Source: Vicugna vicugna (taxonomy: Eukaryota). Taken from it: 64,000 nt of DNA. The notes under the pieces were generated by a model, which had not been told where the DNA came from, ran no database searches, and worked only from the letters and a program-made list of their open reading frames with translations. Position numbers and translations under genes: made by a program. Shown piece after piece: positions 40,574 through 52,117 of the stretch (positions are counted from its first letter, which is position 1; every line of letters begins with the position of its first letter). Where the stretch lies: assembly GCA_013265495.1 (NCBI GenBank), contig MU058781.1, forward strand, positions 5,085,050 through 5,149,049, given 5' to 3'.

Positions 40574-42391
40574 TGCAGCATCTACATTAGGAGCAAATTT
40601 CCTAACTTCAACTTGCAAATTTAGGTTTATTAAGATGCAAATTTTGCATTGTTTTTAATTAATCTTTGATCCAGAGATTATTAAATCTGGAAGCATTCAC
40701 ATTTTCTAATATCCAAAATTTTAACTCTACTAAATAGCTATGCTTACAAAAACTCCCTCTTCTATTTGGTAGGGTCTACGGCTTAAAGACATGGATTCTG
40801 GGGGAAAACAAAACTTCACTAAAAAGTGAAAAAGTGATGACAAGCAGTTTAGCACTCCTCTTCAAAGACATTTTAGGTAATGACTTTTATCATATTGAGG
40901 TATCACTGAAGATCATGATAAGTCTGGAAAAGACTGATAATCATGCAGTTCATAAGTTCTGAACTATCTTCAGGGGTCACTAATATATGTGCCTATAGAA
41001 AGCCTGACCTGAAACAATTTGCAAAATCTAAGTTTTTAATCAATGAAAAATTATATATAAGATTTTTAATAATGTCATAAATGGCACATAAGGAGTTTAT
41101 GTGGGGGAAAACAGGCAAATGATGCTATTATATTAGTTGCTATTTAGATTATTTTTATTGTTATGTTAAATGGAGACACGACTGGGAGCTAGTACTACTG
41201 GCCCTGAAGAAGCAGTGTTCAGCTCATTCTGTTATAAGTAGTTTGACAGACTCTTAAAATACGATCATAGCTAATAGGATTATTTAAATGCTATTTCACT
41301 CTGATTAGTGATAAGAACCAGAATAATTACATTTAATAAAGAATCCTTAACATTTAGGGGACTAGATAAGAGTGAGGCTTCGAAACACACGCCAAGAGCA
41401 TCATATTCCTGTGCTAGATTTAAAAGGCTTGGGACAGTCAGTGATCATTTTATGGTTACCCCCAAACTCATATTCCTAGTTTTCCCCTTTAAAAGTTTCA
41501 AAGTCTCCCGAGGACTTTGGGAATCCAGTTTAACTTCTTACCTGAGCATTCAGGGACCTCTCACACCCTGGCCACAACCTACTTTCCCAATCTCACTGCT
41601 ACTCTTTAAGACCACTCGTCTCCTCCTTGCCTCTGCCTGTCCCTGAGATGTCTCCGCCAGCCTCCCTGCCCACCCCCATCTCCCTCGCAGGCTCAGGTCA
41701 GTGCCTTCCCTCCCTGCAGCCTGCAGCGCCAGCTCCCCATTCTGTGCTTCTTCCACAGACCTGTGAACCTGACACAGGACTTGTACTCTGACATCACACA
41801 ACTATCTGTGTGCGCTCATCTCTCTCAGGAATCTTTAAGAGTCTTAAGGGTAAAGTCTGTATTTTTGCATCTTTGTATCCCCTAATACCTACTCTGCTGA
41901 ATTCAATTAAGAATGATTTCTGGACACAGAATGATTCTATCACTCTAAAACATAAAATAACAACCAAGAAAGCAGATCTATGACATGTTCATCTAATTCA
42001 AATATTAGGAAGTTATGTTAAATTTTGTAAACAAATAAATTAAACATGGACATAGCACTCAGAAAACATTAAACTACATGATGGTACTTTGTTATCAGTG
42101 TGCCAAATCAGGCCGCATTACCAGTGAGTTAAAGCAGAAGCAGCAATGGAACTTGTCCATTTTAACTTTTAACAGACTTCAAATCAGTAATAAAATATAG
42201 AAGAACTGTACTGATGAAAATAAATTTTCTTCCTTATAGCATGTTTTCTCTTTAAGAAATATTTTCACTTCCAAAAAAATAAAAAATAAATAAATTTTCT
42301 TCCCTTTTTATATTAAAAACTTTAAAAATCTCTTTAATAATTACAAGCATATATATGATATATATTCTGAGTATTGAATTTAAATAGACAT

Positions 42392-42480
42392 GGTGGGGTG
42401 TGTATAGCTCAGTGATAGAGCACATGCTTAGCATGCACGAGGTCCTGGGTTCAATCCCCAGTATGTCCATTAACAAAAAA
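42392..42480 (+). mobile_element. Short tRNA-Ala-derived SINE (tRNA head plus A-rich tail), duplication copy 1
   Basis: GGGGTGTGTATAGCTCAGTGATAGAGCACATGCTTAGCATGCACGAGGTCCTGGGTTCAATCCCCAGT. Confidence 0.85.
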
Positions 42481-44769
42481 CTAGAAAATTTTAAAAATGG
42501 GCAGAATGTAATCTTCCTGTCACAACCTGCTTATCTCCTATTACAAAACAAACTGCAGATATGAGTAAATTTGGCAACCAAACTTAGAATGCATGTACAT
42601 AAAACACTAGCAGGCCTCCGTGGATACAAATATACCTTTACAGGAAGCTCCAGCCTCACCATTTTGCTCACTGTAACAAGAGCATATGTCTCACTCAGTG
42701 ATCAGTGGAAAAGATGGGTGGAATTTTACTGGGAAAAGCCATCTGGGAGAGCCTGACAGCTGTGCGGGAAAGAGCTTCACAAATCTTTGTGAGGAAACCG
42801 TCCCAGAGGAAGAGCCATTCTGTTTGGAATTTTCCTTTGTGCCATTTAGTTCAAATACGTATTATCTGTAGTGTAACCACTGATAAATGAAGAATATAAA
42901 GCAGCATGCTAAAATTAATAGTTTCACACTTAATGAGTTTTTTTCTAAGAAAAATAATTAGCCTCAAGGAATCTGACTACAAATCCATAGGTCACAGAGG
43001 CCAGGTACTAAAAGACCACAAGAGTCTTCAAATGCTTTTGTTACTCTTTCATGTAATAAGGTAATAAGGTAATGATGGTATGGTAATAGGGAACTTTAAG
43101 TAAATGCATTAAAAAGCCATTATGGAACAAATGAGATCTGTGTAGTATATACTAAAAGGTGTCTAAAGAGAGTTAATGAAGGGTCTAATTTCAGAACATA
43201 ACCTGGACAATAAGATAATCTGTTTCATGAAACCCTAGTAACTGTCTCCCTGCTAGAGGCACTCTCAAATTCTGTACAGAGACAGCAAAACAGTGACGTA
43301 TCTGGTTAGGTCAGGTCAAAAGAAACGCGCAAATGCAGTAGAAAGCCTTCATTCTCTTACAGCCCTTTGTTATCTAAGAATTAACAGAATCTTCTGTTCT
43401 AGATGAAGGTAACAGTCTTCTTAAAGTAGGTCATATAAAATAAACTAAGCAATAGAGAAAATTCAGACAAGCCCTTGACATTATAAACTTCAATACAGGA
43501 ACAGGATTAGACTACCCTCTAGTGGAAGTTCAAGAGAATTCAATAAATACTTTTCAAACAGTTCACTAGTTTTACAATAAAATGCACAGAATAAGAAAGG
43601 ATACAGAATCTGGAAGACAACATTTCATTTTACCCTTACTGCCTTTCACTATACAGAACACTACACTGCTCATCTCACCACATTTCATGTATGGTTTTGC
43701 ATTTGAACAATTTTGCAGGACAAGCTAAATTGCGTAACATCCATCCACACCCTTCCGTCAAAGACGATGGCTTTGTAAATTTGCAACGGCTAGAGAGACT
43801 CCCACTAGAATGTCAGCATCCTGGTGGCAGTTACCCGGTCTTGTTCACTGCTGCATGCCCAGAGCCTACAAACAGTGCCTGACACTCAGCAGATACCTAA
43901 TATGTACCAGGCACTGTTCTGAGTGCTTTCCACCCATCATCTCACTCAACCCTACAACTACCCTCAATTCTGCAAACAAAGGAACTAAAGCTTCGTGCAG
44001 TTAAGAAACCTGCACGGAGTCTCACAGATCGGGAGTTGCGGAACTGGGATCAAAACCCAGATCTGAGAGTCAGCCCACGGCCCTTATTTTTGAATTCCCA
44101 GCATATCTTTATCATTTCTTTTTGCATGATAAGCCTTACCAGTAATTACCTATTACACAGGCTTTTTGTAAGCTGGATGGATCACACCACATTAAAAAAA
44201 AAAACACAACATGAATGGATTATCTGTTCTTAATTCCTGAGGGAGCATGTAATCAGGAGTCATATTTTTAAGCCATAGCGTAACACAGCTAAAAGCATCA
44301 TCAAAGGTCCAAATTGCTCACATTATATTAATCCCTTATTCTTTAATAAGGGCACACTCTTTGGAGAGCAAGGCAAGACTAAAAGAGTTAAGTAGTCTGG
44401 AAAATGGACGGACTGATTGGATATGGATTTGACAGTGAAAGGGTAAAAAGTTTAAAGACGTTAAGAGAATCTTGTGACTACATATATATGAGTTATTATT
44501 TTCCTCTAAGTTATTTTTATTTTTTATTATTGCCTGACTATTTAAGCCTTGTAACATCATGCCAAGGTATTTAGGTGATGATAAAGTATTTTGAGGCTAC
44601 CAAAAAATGAAAGAATCCACAGTATGTGAACAAACATTTAAATTCAAATGATTCAAATATCTAAGAATGATGCATAAACTTGTTAAAATGAATTCACAAA
44701 ATACATTAATGATAATAGATATATGTTTCTACAACCTACCAAATTTGGCTTCAGAATTATTTTCCTTAT

Positions 44770-45288
44770 GCAAAAGGAACAAAAGCAAAAATAAACAAAC
44801 AGGCCTATATGAAACTAAAAAGCTTTTGTTCAACAAACGCAACCATCAACAAAATGAAAAGGCAACCTCCTGAATGAGAGAAGATACTGCAAAGGATATA
44901 TCTAATAAGGGGTTAATATCCAAAATCTATAAAGAGCTCACACAACTCAATATCAAGAAAACAAAAGCAAACAATCTGATTAAAAAGTAGGCAGAGGACT
45001 GGAATAGACATTTATCCGAGAAAGACATCCAGATGGCCAACAGACACATGAAGAGATGCTCGACATCACTAATTATCGGGGAAAAGTAAATCAAAACCAC
45101 AATCTGTCAGAATGACTGTTATCAAAAAGACAATTAACAAGTGTTGGTGAGGATGTGGAGAAAGGGGATCCCTCGTACACTGTTGGTAGAAATGTAAACT
45201 TGTGCAGCCACTATAGAAAACATATGTAAGGTCCTCAAAAAATAAAAAATAGAACTGCCATATGACCCAGTTATTCCACTCCTGGGTA
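44770..45288 (+). mobile_element. L1 ORF2 3' fragment cut off by the duplication breakpoint
   Basis: L1 sequence (cagatggccaacagacacatgaagagatgctc...atatgacccagttattccactcctgggta) stops abruptly at 45288 but continues in copy 2. Confidence 0.9.
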
Positions 45289-45745
45289 ACATCACTCTAA
45301 AACATAAAATAACAACCAAGAAAGCAGATTTATATGACATGTTCATCTAATTCAAATATTAGGAAGTTATGTTAAATTTTGTAAACAAATAAATTAAACA
45401 TGGACATAGCACTTAGAAAACATTAAACTACATGATGGTACTTTGTTATCAGTGTGCCAAATCAGGCCGCATTACCAGTGAGTTAAAGCAGAAGCAGCAA
45501 TGGAACTTGTCCATTTTAACTTTTAACAGACTTCAAATCAGTAATAAAATATAGAAGAACTGTACTGATGAAAATAAATTTTCTTCCTTATAGCATGTTT
45601 TCTCTTTAAGAAATATTTTCACTTCCAAAAAAATAAAAAATAAATAAATTTTCTTCCCTTTTTATATTAAAAACTTTAAAAATCTCTTTAATAATTACAA
45701 GCATATATATGATATATATTCTGAGTATTGAATTTAAATAGACAT

Positions 45746-45834
45746 GGTGGGGTGTGTATAGCTCAGTGATAGAGCACATGCTTAGCATGCACGAGGTCCT
45801 GGGTTCAATCCCCAGTATGTCCATTAACAAAAAA
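45746..45834 (+). mobile_element. Short tRNA-Ala-derived SINE, duplication copy 2
   Basis: Identical to 42392-42480. Confidence 0.85.
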
Positions 45835-48677
45835 CTAGAAAATTTTAAAAATGGGCAGAATGTAATCTTCCTGTCACAACCTGCTTATCTCCTATTACAA
45901 AACAAACTGCAGATATGAGTAAATTTGGCAACCAAACTTAGAATGCATGTACATAAAACACTAGCAGGCCTCCGTGGATACAAATATACCTTTACAGGAA
46001 GCTCCAGCCTCACCATTTTGCTCACTGTAACAAGAGCATATGTCTCACTCAGTGATCAGTGGAAAAGATGGGTGGAATTTTACTGGGAAAAGCCATCTGG
46101 GAGAGCCTGACAGCTGTGCGGGAAAGAGCTTCACAAATCTTTGTGAGGAAACCGTCCCAGAGGAAGAGCCATTCTGTTTGGAATTTTCCTTTGTGCCATT
46201 TAGTTCAAATACGTATTATCTGTAGTGTAACCACTGATAAATGAAGAATATAAAGCAGCATGCTAAAATTAATAGTTTCACACTTAATGAGTTTTTTTCT
46301 AAGAAAAATAATTAGCCTCAAGGAATCTGACTACAAATCCATAGGTCACAGAGGCCAGGTACTAAAAGACCACAAGAGTCTTCAAATGCTTTTGTTACTC
46401 TTTCATGTAATAAGGTAATAAGGTAATGATGGTATGGTAATAGGGAACTTTAAGTAAATGCATTAAAAAGCCATTATGGAACAAATGAGATCTGTGTAGT
46501 ATATACTAAAAGGTGTCTAAAGAGAGTTAATGAAGGGTCTAATTTCAGAACATAACCTGGACAATAAGATAATCTGTTTCATGAAACCCTAGTAACTGTC
46601 TCCCTGCTAGAGGCACTCTCAAATTCTGTACAGAGACAGCAAAACAGTGACGTATCTGGTTAGGTCAGGTCAAAAGAAACGCGCAAATGCAGTAGAAAGC
46701 CTTCATTCTCTTACAGCCCTTTGTTATCTAAGAATTAACAGAATCTTCTGTTCTAGATGAAGGTAACAGTCTTCTTAAAGTAGGTCATATAAAATAAACT
46801 AAGCAATAGAGAAAATTCAGACAAGCCCTTGACATTATAAACTTCAATACAGGAACAGGATTAGACTACCCTCTAGTGGAAGTTCAAGAGAATTCAATAA
46901 ATACTTTTCAAACAGTTCACTAGTTTTACAATAAAATGCACAGAATAAGAAAGGATACAGAATCTGGAAGACAACATTTCATTTTACCCTTACTGCCTTT
47001 CACTATACAGAACACTACACTGCTCATCTCACCACATTTCATGTATGGTTTTGCATTTGAACAATTTTGCAGGACAAGCTAAATTGCGTAACATCCATCC
47101 ACACCCTTCCGTCAAAGACGATGGCTTTGTAAATTTGCAACGGCTAGAGAGACTCCCACTAGAATGTCAGCATCCTGGTGGCAGTTACCCGGTCTTGTTC
47201 ACTGCTGCATGCCCAGAGCCTACAAACAGTGCCTGACACTCAGCAGATACCTAATATGTACCAGGCACTGTGCTGAGTGCTTTCCACCCATCATCTCACT
47301 CAACCCTACAACTACCCTCAATTCTGCAAACAAAGGAACTAAAGCTTCGTGCAGTTAAGAAACCTGCACGGAGTCTCACAGATCGGGAGTTGCGGAACTG
47401 GGATCAAAACCCAGATCTGAGAGTCAGCCCACGGCCCTTATTTTTGAATTCCCAGCATATCTTTATCATTTCTTTTTGCATGATAAGCCTTACCAGTAAT
47501 TACCTATTACACAGGCTTTTTGTAAGCTGGATGGATCACACCACATTAAAAAAAAAAACACAACATGAATGGATTATCTGTTCTTAATTCCTGAGGGAGC
47601 ATGTAATCAGGAGTCATATTTTTAAGCCATAGCGTAACACAGCTAAAAGCATCATCAAAGGTCCAAATTGCTCACATTATATTAATCCCTTATTCTTTAA
47701 TAAGGGCACACTCTTTGGAGAGCAAGGCAAGACTAAAAGAGTTAAGTAGTCTGGAAAATGGACGGACTGATTGGATATGGATTTGACAGTGAAAGGGTAA
47801 AAAGTTTAAAGACGTTAAGAGAATCTTGTGACTACATATATATGAGTTATTATTTTCCTCTAAGTTATTTTTATTTTTTATTATTGCCTGACTATTTAAG
47901 CCTTGTAACATCATGCCAAGGTATTTAGGTGATGATAAAGTATTTTGAGGCTACCAAAAAATGAAAGAATCCACAGTATGTGAACAAACATTTAAATTCA
48001 AATGATTCAAATATCTAAGAATGATGCATAAACTCGTTAAAATGAATTCACAAAATACATTAATGATAATAGATATATGTTTCTACAACCTACCAAATTT
48101 GGCTTCAGAATTATTTTCCTTATGCAAAAGGAACAAAAGCAAAAATAAACAAACAGGCCTATATGAAACTAAAAAGCTTTTGTTCAACAAACGCAACCAT
48201 CAACAAAATGAAAAGGCAACCTCCTGAATGAGAGAAGATACTGCAAAGGATATATCTAATAAGGGGTTAATATCCAAAATCTATAAAGAGCTCACACAAC
48301 TCAATATCAAGAAAACAAAAGCAAACAATCTGATTAAAAAGTAGGCAGAGGACTGGAATAGACATTTATCCGAGAAAGACATCCAGATGGCCAACAGACA
48401 CATGAAGAGATGCTCGACATCACTAATTATCGGGGAAAAGCAAATCAAAACCACAATCTGTCAGAATGACTGTTATCAAAAAGACAATTAACAAGTGTTG
48501 GTGAGGATGTGGAGAAAGGGGATCCCTCGTACACTGTTGGTAGAAATGTAAACTTGTGCAGCCACTATAGAAAACATATGTAAGGTCCTCAAAAAATAAA
48601 AAATAGAACTGCCATATGACCCAGTTATTCCACTCCTGGGTATTTATCTGAAGAAAATGAAAGCACTAATTAGGAAA

Positions 48678-48683
48678 GATAGA

Positions 48684-48724
<41 letters not shown>

Positions 48725-48741
48725 CGACCGACCGACCGATC
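48678..48741 (+). repeat. Compound tetranucleotide repeat (GATA)6(GACA)5(GACC)4GATC
   Basis: Read directly from the sequence. Confidence 0.95.
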
Positions 48742-49322
48742 GGGATACATACACAATCCTATGTTCACTGCAGCATTAGTTACAACAGCCAAGATAACAG
48801 AAGCAACCTAAGTGTCCACTGACTGATGAATGGATAAAGATGTAATATATAGATATACACAGTGGAGTATTACTTAGCCATAAAAAGAATGAAATCTTGC
48901 CATTTGTGACAACATGGATGGACCCTGGGGATACTACAGTAAGTGAAATGAGTCACACAGAAAAACAACTACCGTATGATTTCACTTTCATATGGAATCT
49001 AAAAGACAAAGTAAATGAATAAACAAAATAGAAACAGACAAACTTATAAACACAGAGAACAAACTGATAGTTGCCAGAGGAGAGGGTGGCTGAGTGGTTG
49101 GGTGAAACAGGCGAAGGGGATTAAGAGGTACAAACTTCCAGTTATAAAATAAGTTGGTCCTGGGGGTGTGATATACAGCATAGGGAATACAGTCAATAAT
49201 ACTATGATAACTCTGTATGGTGACAGGAGGCTACCAGACTTAGCATGGTGATTAATTCACAATGTACATAAATGTCGAATCACTACATTGTACACCTGAA
49301 ATTAATATTGTATGTTAATTGC

Positions 49323-49454
49323 TTTTTTTTTTTTGGTTGGGGGGGAGATAATTAGGTCTATTTATTTATTTTTAGAGGAGGTACTGGGGATTGAACCCAG
49401 GACCTTGTGCATGCTAAGCATACACTCTACCACTTGAGCTACACCCTCCCCACC
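49323..49454 (-). mobile_element. tRNA-Ala-derived SINE (vic-1-like) inserted in the L1 3' end
   Basis: TSD TTGTATGTTAATTGCTT (49308-49324) and TTGTATGTTAACTACTT (49455-49471). Confidence 0.9.
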
Positions 49455-49512
49455 TTGTATGTTAACTACTTAAATGAAAAAAATATGATTCAAATTACTT
49501 GGAAGTGACTGT

Positions 49513-49585
49513 CTATACTAGTATATAGTATAGTATATAGTATATATATATATATAGTATATATATATATATAGTATATAGTATA
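49513..49585. repeat. AT-rich simple repeat of TATAG/(TA)n units
   Basis: ctatactagtatatagtatagtatatagtatatata..., read directly. Confidence 0.9.
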
Positions 49586-50289
49586 AAGCTAATCCTTTAG
49601 CTTTAATTTGCTTTCAGTGGTCAATGTTCTCAGATTAGTAAAGAGAGAATTCAAGTGAGCACTTGGGAAGTCCACCCCACTCATTTGAGAAGCCAAAATG
49701 CAGTTTCCAAAGAGAAGGTATTACATCTCTAAATGTCAGACTTTTCCCAGGATATTAGAATCCTAACTGAGAAGAAAATACAGTATATTCTATTTTAAGA
49801 AAGACTTATTTAAACTGCATTTCCTAAGCAGAATTGACTATGAAAATAATTAGAATTGTGGCAAAGGGCATTTCATCAGCAGAGTGGTATCAAACAAAGA
49901 AAATCTATAAACAGAATTTACTCTCAGCTGGAAAAAAAAAGAAGGGGCTATTATCGTAGGTATCTCTGCAAAGAAATACACAACCAATGGAAAGCAAGTA
50001 ACTCAAAGAGATACAGGAAGAGCAGCTAAAAGGAAAGTGGCTAAAAGGAATATTCCAAATATCCTGGAGGCTTTTTCCATCAGTTAGTTATCAAAGACTT
50101 GAGAAGGCTCATTCCTACACCTGCAAGAGGGAAATAATGCAGAGGGCCTTAATCCTACGACTCAGAATCTCTCTTCCATGCCCTGCCTTCAGAAATTACA
50201 AAACACTGATGCCAGGGCTTCAAGACTGCTGTTCGTGGGGCCTACGGGCAGCTTCCATCCTAACCACCTCACCCCCACTGAGGATGTCA

Positions 50290-50500
50290 CCCCCTGGGTT
50301 GGGATCCTGGATCCACATCTTATTGTGTGACCCTGAACAAGTCACAACCTCTCCAAGCCTAACCTTCCTTATCTGAAAAGTGGGATAATAAAAGCTACTT
50401 TCGCAGGGATCTAGTGAAGATTGAAGGTAACATCTGTAAAGCCCTGAACAAATTCTGACACACAGTGGGTGCTATAATCGTGAGCTATTGTTATCAGCAA
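50290..50500 (+). mobile_element. MIR
   Basis: tgtgtgaccctgaacaagtcacaacctctccaagcctaaccttccttatctgaaaagtgggataata. Confidence 0.7.
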
Positions 50501-51009
50501 TAGCACTGCAAATACCATTCGGGTCTATTTTATTCACACACACACAAAAACCTGTTTTATGATTTACTAATTACTTGTGTTGTAAATCAGCTTTGTTTTG
50601 CTTTAAAAAAGGTAATATTTAAAAAAGAAGAGGTGATTAAAAGGTAGGGATACCCTACCAATTAAGACTGGATCAGGTTATTAGCTCACGAAACTCATCT
50701 CCAAGGTAGATAGCTCCTACCTCTTACTTCACTAAGATCGTAAGCTTGGTTAGAAAATAATAAGCCACAATATTATCCAAAGCTGTGGCCCTGCCAAGCA
50801 CAAAAGTTAGTTTTCTGAATATAAATCCAAGAAATGAAGAGTACCAGCGTAAGTCATCCCAATGAAAACAACCAACAGAAACATAAATTTCCACAAGGTG
50901 TAAATTTAGCCAAACAGGTACCCCATTTAACTGGATCTGTCTGATCTCTCAGTTTGCGGAGGGGAAAAAAGCCTATTTCAAGACATGAAGCTCTGAGCAG
51001 ACCTAATTT

Positions 51010-51592
51010 TTTAAAACCATTTAAAAATTTATTTATGTGTTTATTTTACAATGTCTTATTTTTTAAATTGAAGCATAGTTGATGTACAATATTGTATGTT
51101 ACAGGGATACAATATAGTGATTCACAAAGTTTTCAAGGGTATGCTCCATTTATAGTTATTTTAAAATACTGGCTACATTCCCTGCGTTGTACAATACATT
51201 CTTGTAGCTTGTTTTACACCTGATAGTTTGCACCTCTCAGTCCTCCACCTCCATCTCGCCCCTCCCCCTGTCCCTCTCCCCACTGGTAACCACGAGTTCC
51301 TTCTCTACATCTGAGAGTCTGTTTCTTTTCTGTTATACTCACTAGTTTGTATTTTTTTTAGATTCTACATGTTAGTAGTATCTTACAGTGTTTGTCTTTC
51401 TCTGACTTGTTTCACATAGCGTAACGCCCTCCAAGCCCATCCGTGCTGTACATCAGAGACTAGCACCACATTATAAATCAACTTCAATTAAATAGCAAAC
51501 CAACCAACTAATCCATTTAAAGTATGGGCAGAACTGAACAGACATTTTTCCAAAAGAGGAAATGCAAATGGCCAACAAGAACGTGAAAAGTT
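51010..51592 (-). mobile_element. 5'-inverted truncated L1 with 16-bp TSD
   Basis: Minus-strand 3'UTR at ~51010-51450 and plus-strand ORF2 segment at ~51460-51592. TSD TGAGCAGACCTAATTT (50994-51009) and TGAGCAGACTTAATTT (51593-51608). Confidence 0.85.
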
Positions 51593-51984
51593 TGAGCAGA
51601 CTTAATTTCAAAAGCAACAGCTTCCAGAGTTCATCCTATAGTCATAAGAAAGCCACCCTAATCCCTTTTATTTCCTACATTTATACTTTTAAACAGAGAC
51701 TGACAGTCACGAAGACAACCCTAAGTCACCTTAAGAATCAACAAAATTATGTTTCTGGAGCAGAACCAAGGCAGAAAAAGTGGTGTGTTTTAGAAATCAT
51801 TTCTATACTTCAAATCATTTTTTGTCTAATCCTCACTTAATCAGTATATGAAATTAATCAGAACTCATTATTTCCCCCCAAATCTTGGTAAGGAATAATT
51901 TAATGTAGTCTTAGAAAGCTTTGGAATTATACCAACTTATTTTCATTCCCAGAAGTAATGTATAGACGCAACCATAAAACTTAC

Positions 51985-52117
51985 TCAGATTTGCTGTCAT
52001 GGATTCTAAATCTGCGATTAAGCCTGGAAGCTGCTGAAGCTGCTGCTGTAGCTCGACCAGGCTCGTCTGCTTCTTCTCCCAGTGTGCGGAGAGCATGACC
52101 ACCTCGCTGTCCACCAG
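51985..52117 (-). CDS. DTNBP1: DTNBP1 coding exon 5 (133 nt, phase 0-1): LVDSEVVMLSAHWEKKQTSLVELQQQLQQLPGLIADLESMTANL(T)
   Basis: Contained in ORF 51911..52141(-). Borders are ctcttctgcgttgcag|CTGGTG and AATCTGA|gtaagt. Confidence 0.97.

Larger units (their letters stand above)
41939..48642 (+). repeat. Head-to-tail tandem duplication: copy 1 41939-45288, junction AC 45289-45290, copy 2 45291-48642
   Basis: The sequence and the ORF track repeat at offset 3354 (e.g. ORFs 42252/45606, 42571/45925, 44667/48021). Confidence 0.98.
48124..49485 (+). mobile_element. 5'-truncated L1 (ORF2 end plus 3'UTR), interrupted by a tetranucleotide repeat and a SINE
   Basis: Continues past the duplication end (tatttatctgaagaaaatgaaagcactaat...atgttcactgcagcatt...cactacattgtacacctgaaattaatattgtatgttaa). 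Confidence 0.9.

Noticed and set aside
42392..42480. Possible tRNA-Ala(AGC) genes here and at 37559, 38192, 40419, 45746 and 49323
   Set aside because: They have A-rich tails, TSDs in some copies, a shared non-tRNA 3' segment and stem mismatches. These are SINEs, not tRNA genes; tRNAscan-SE should score them as pseudo.
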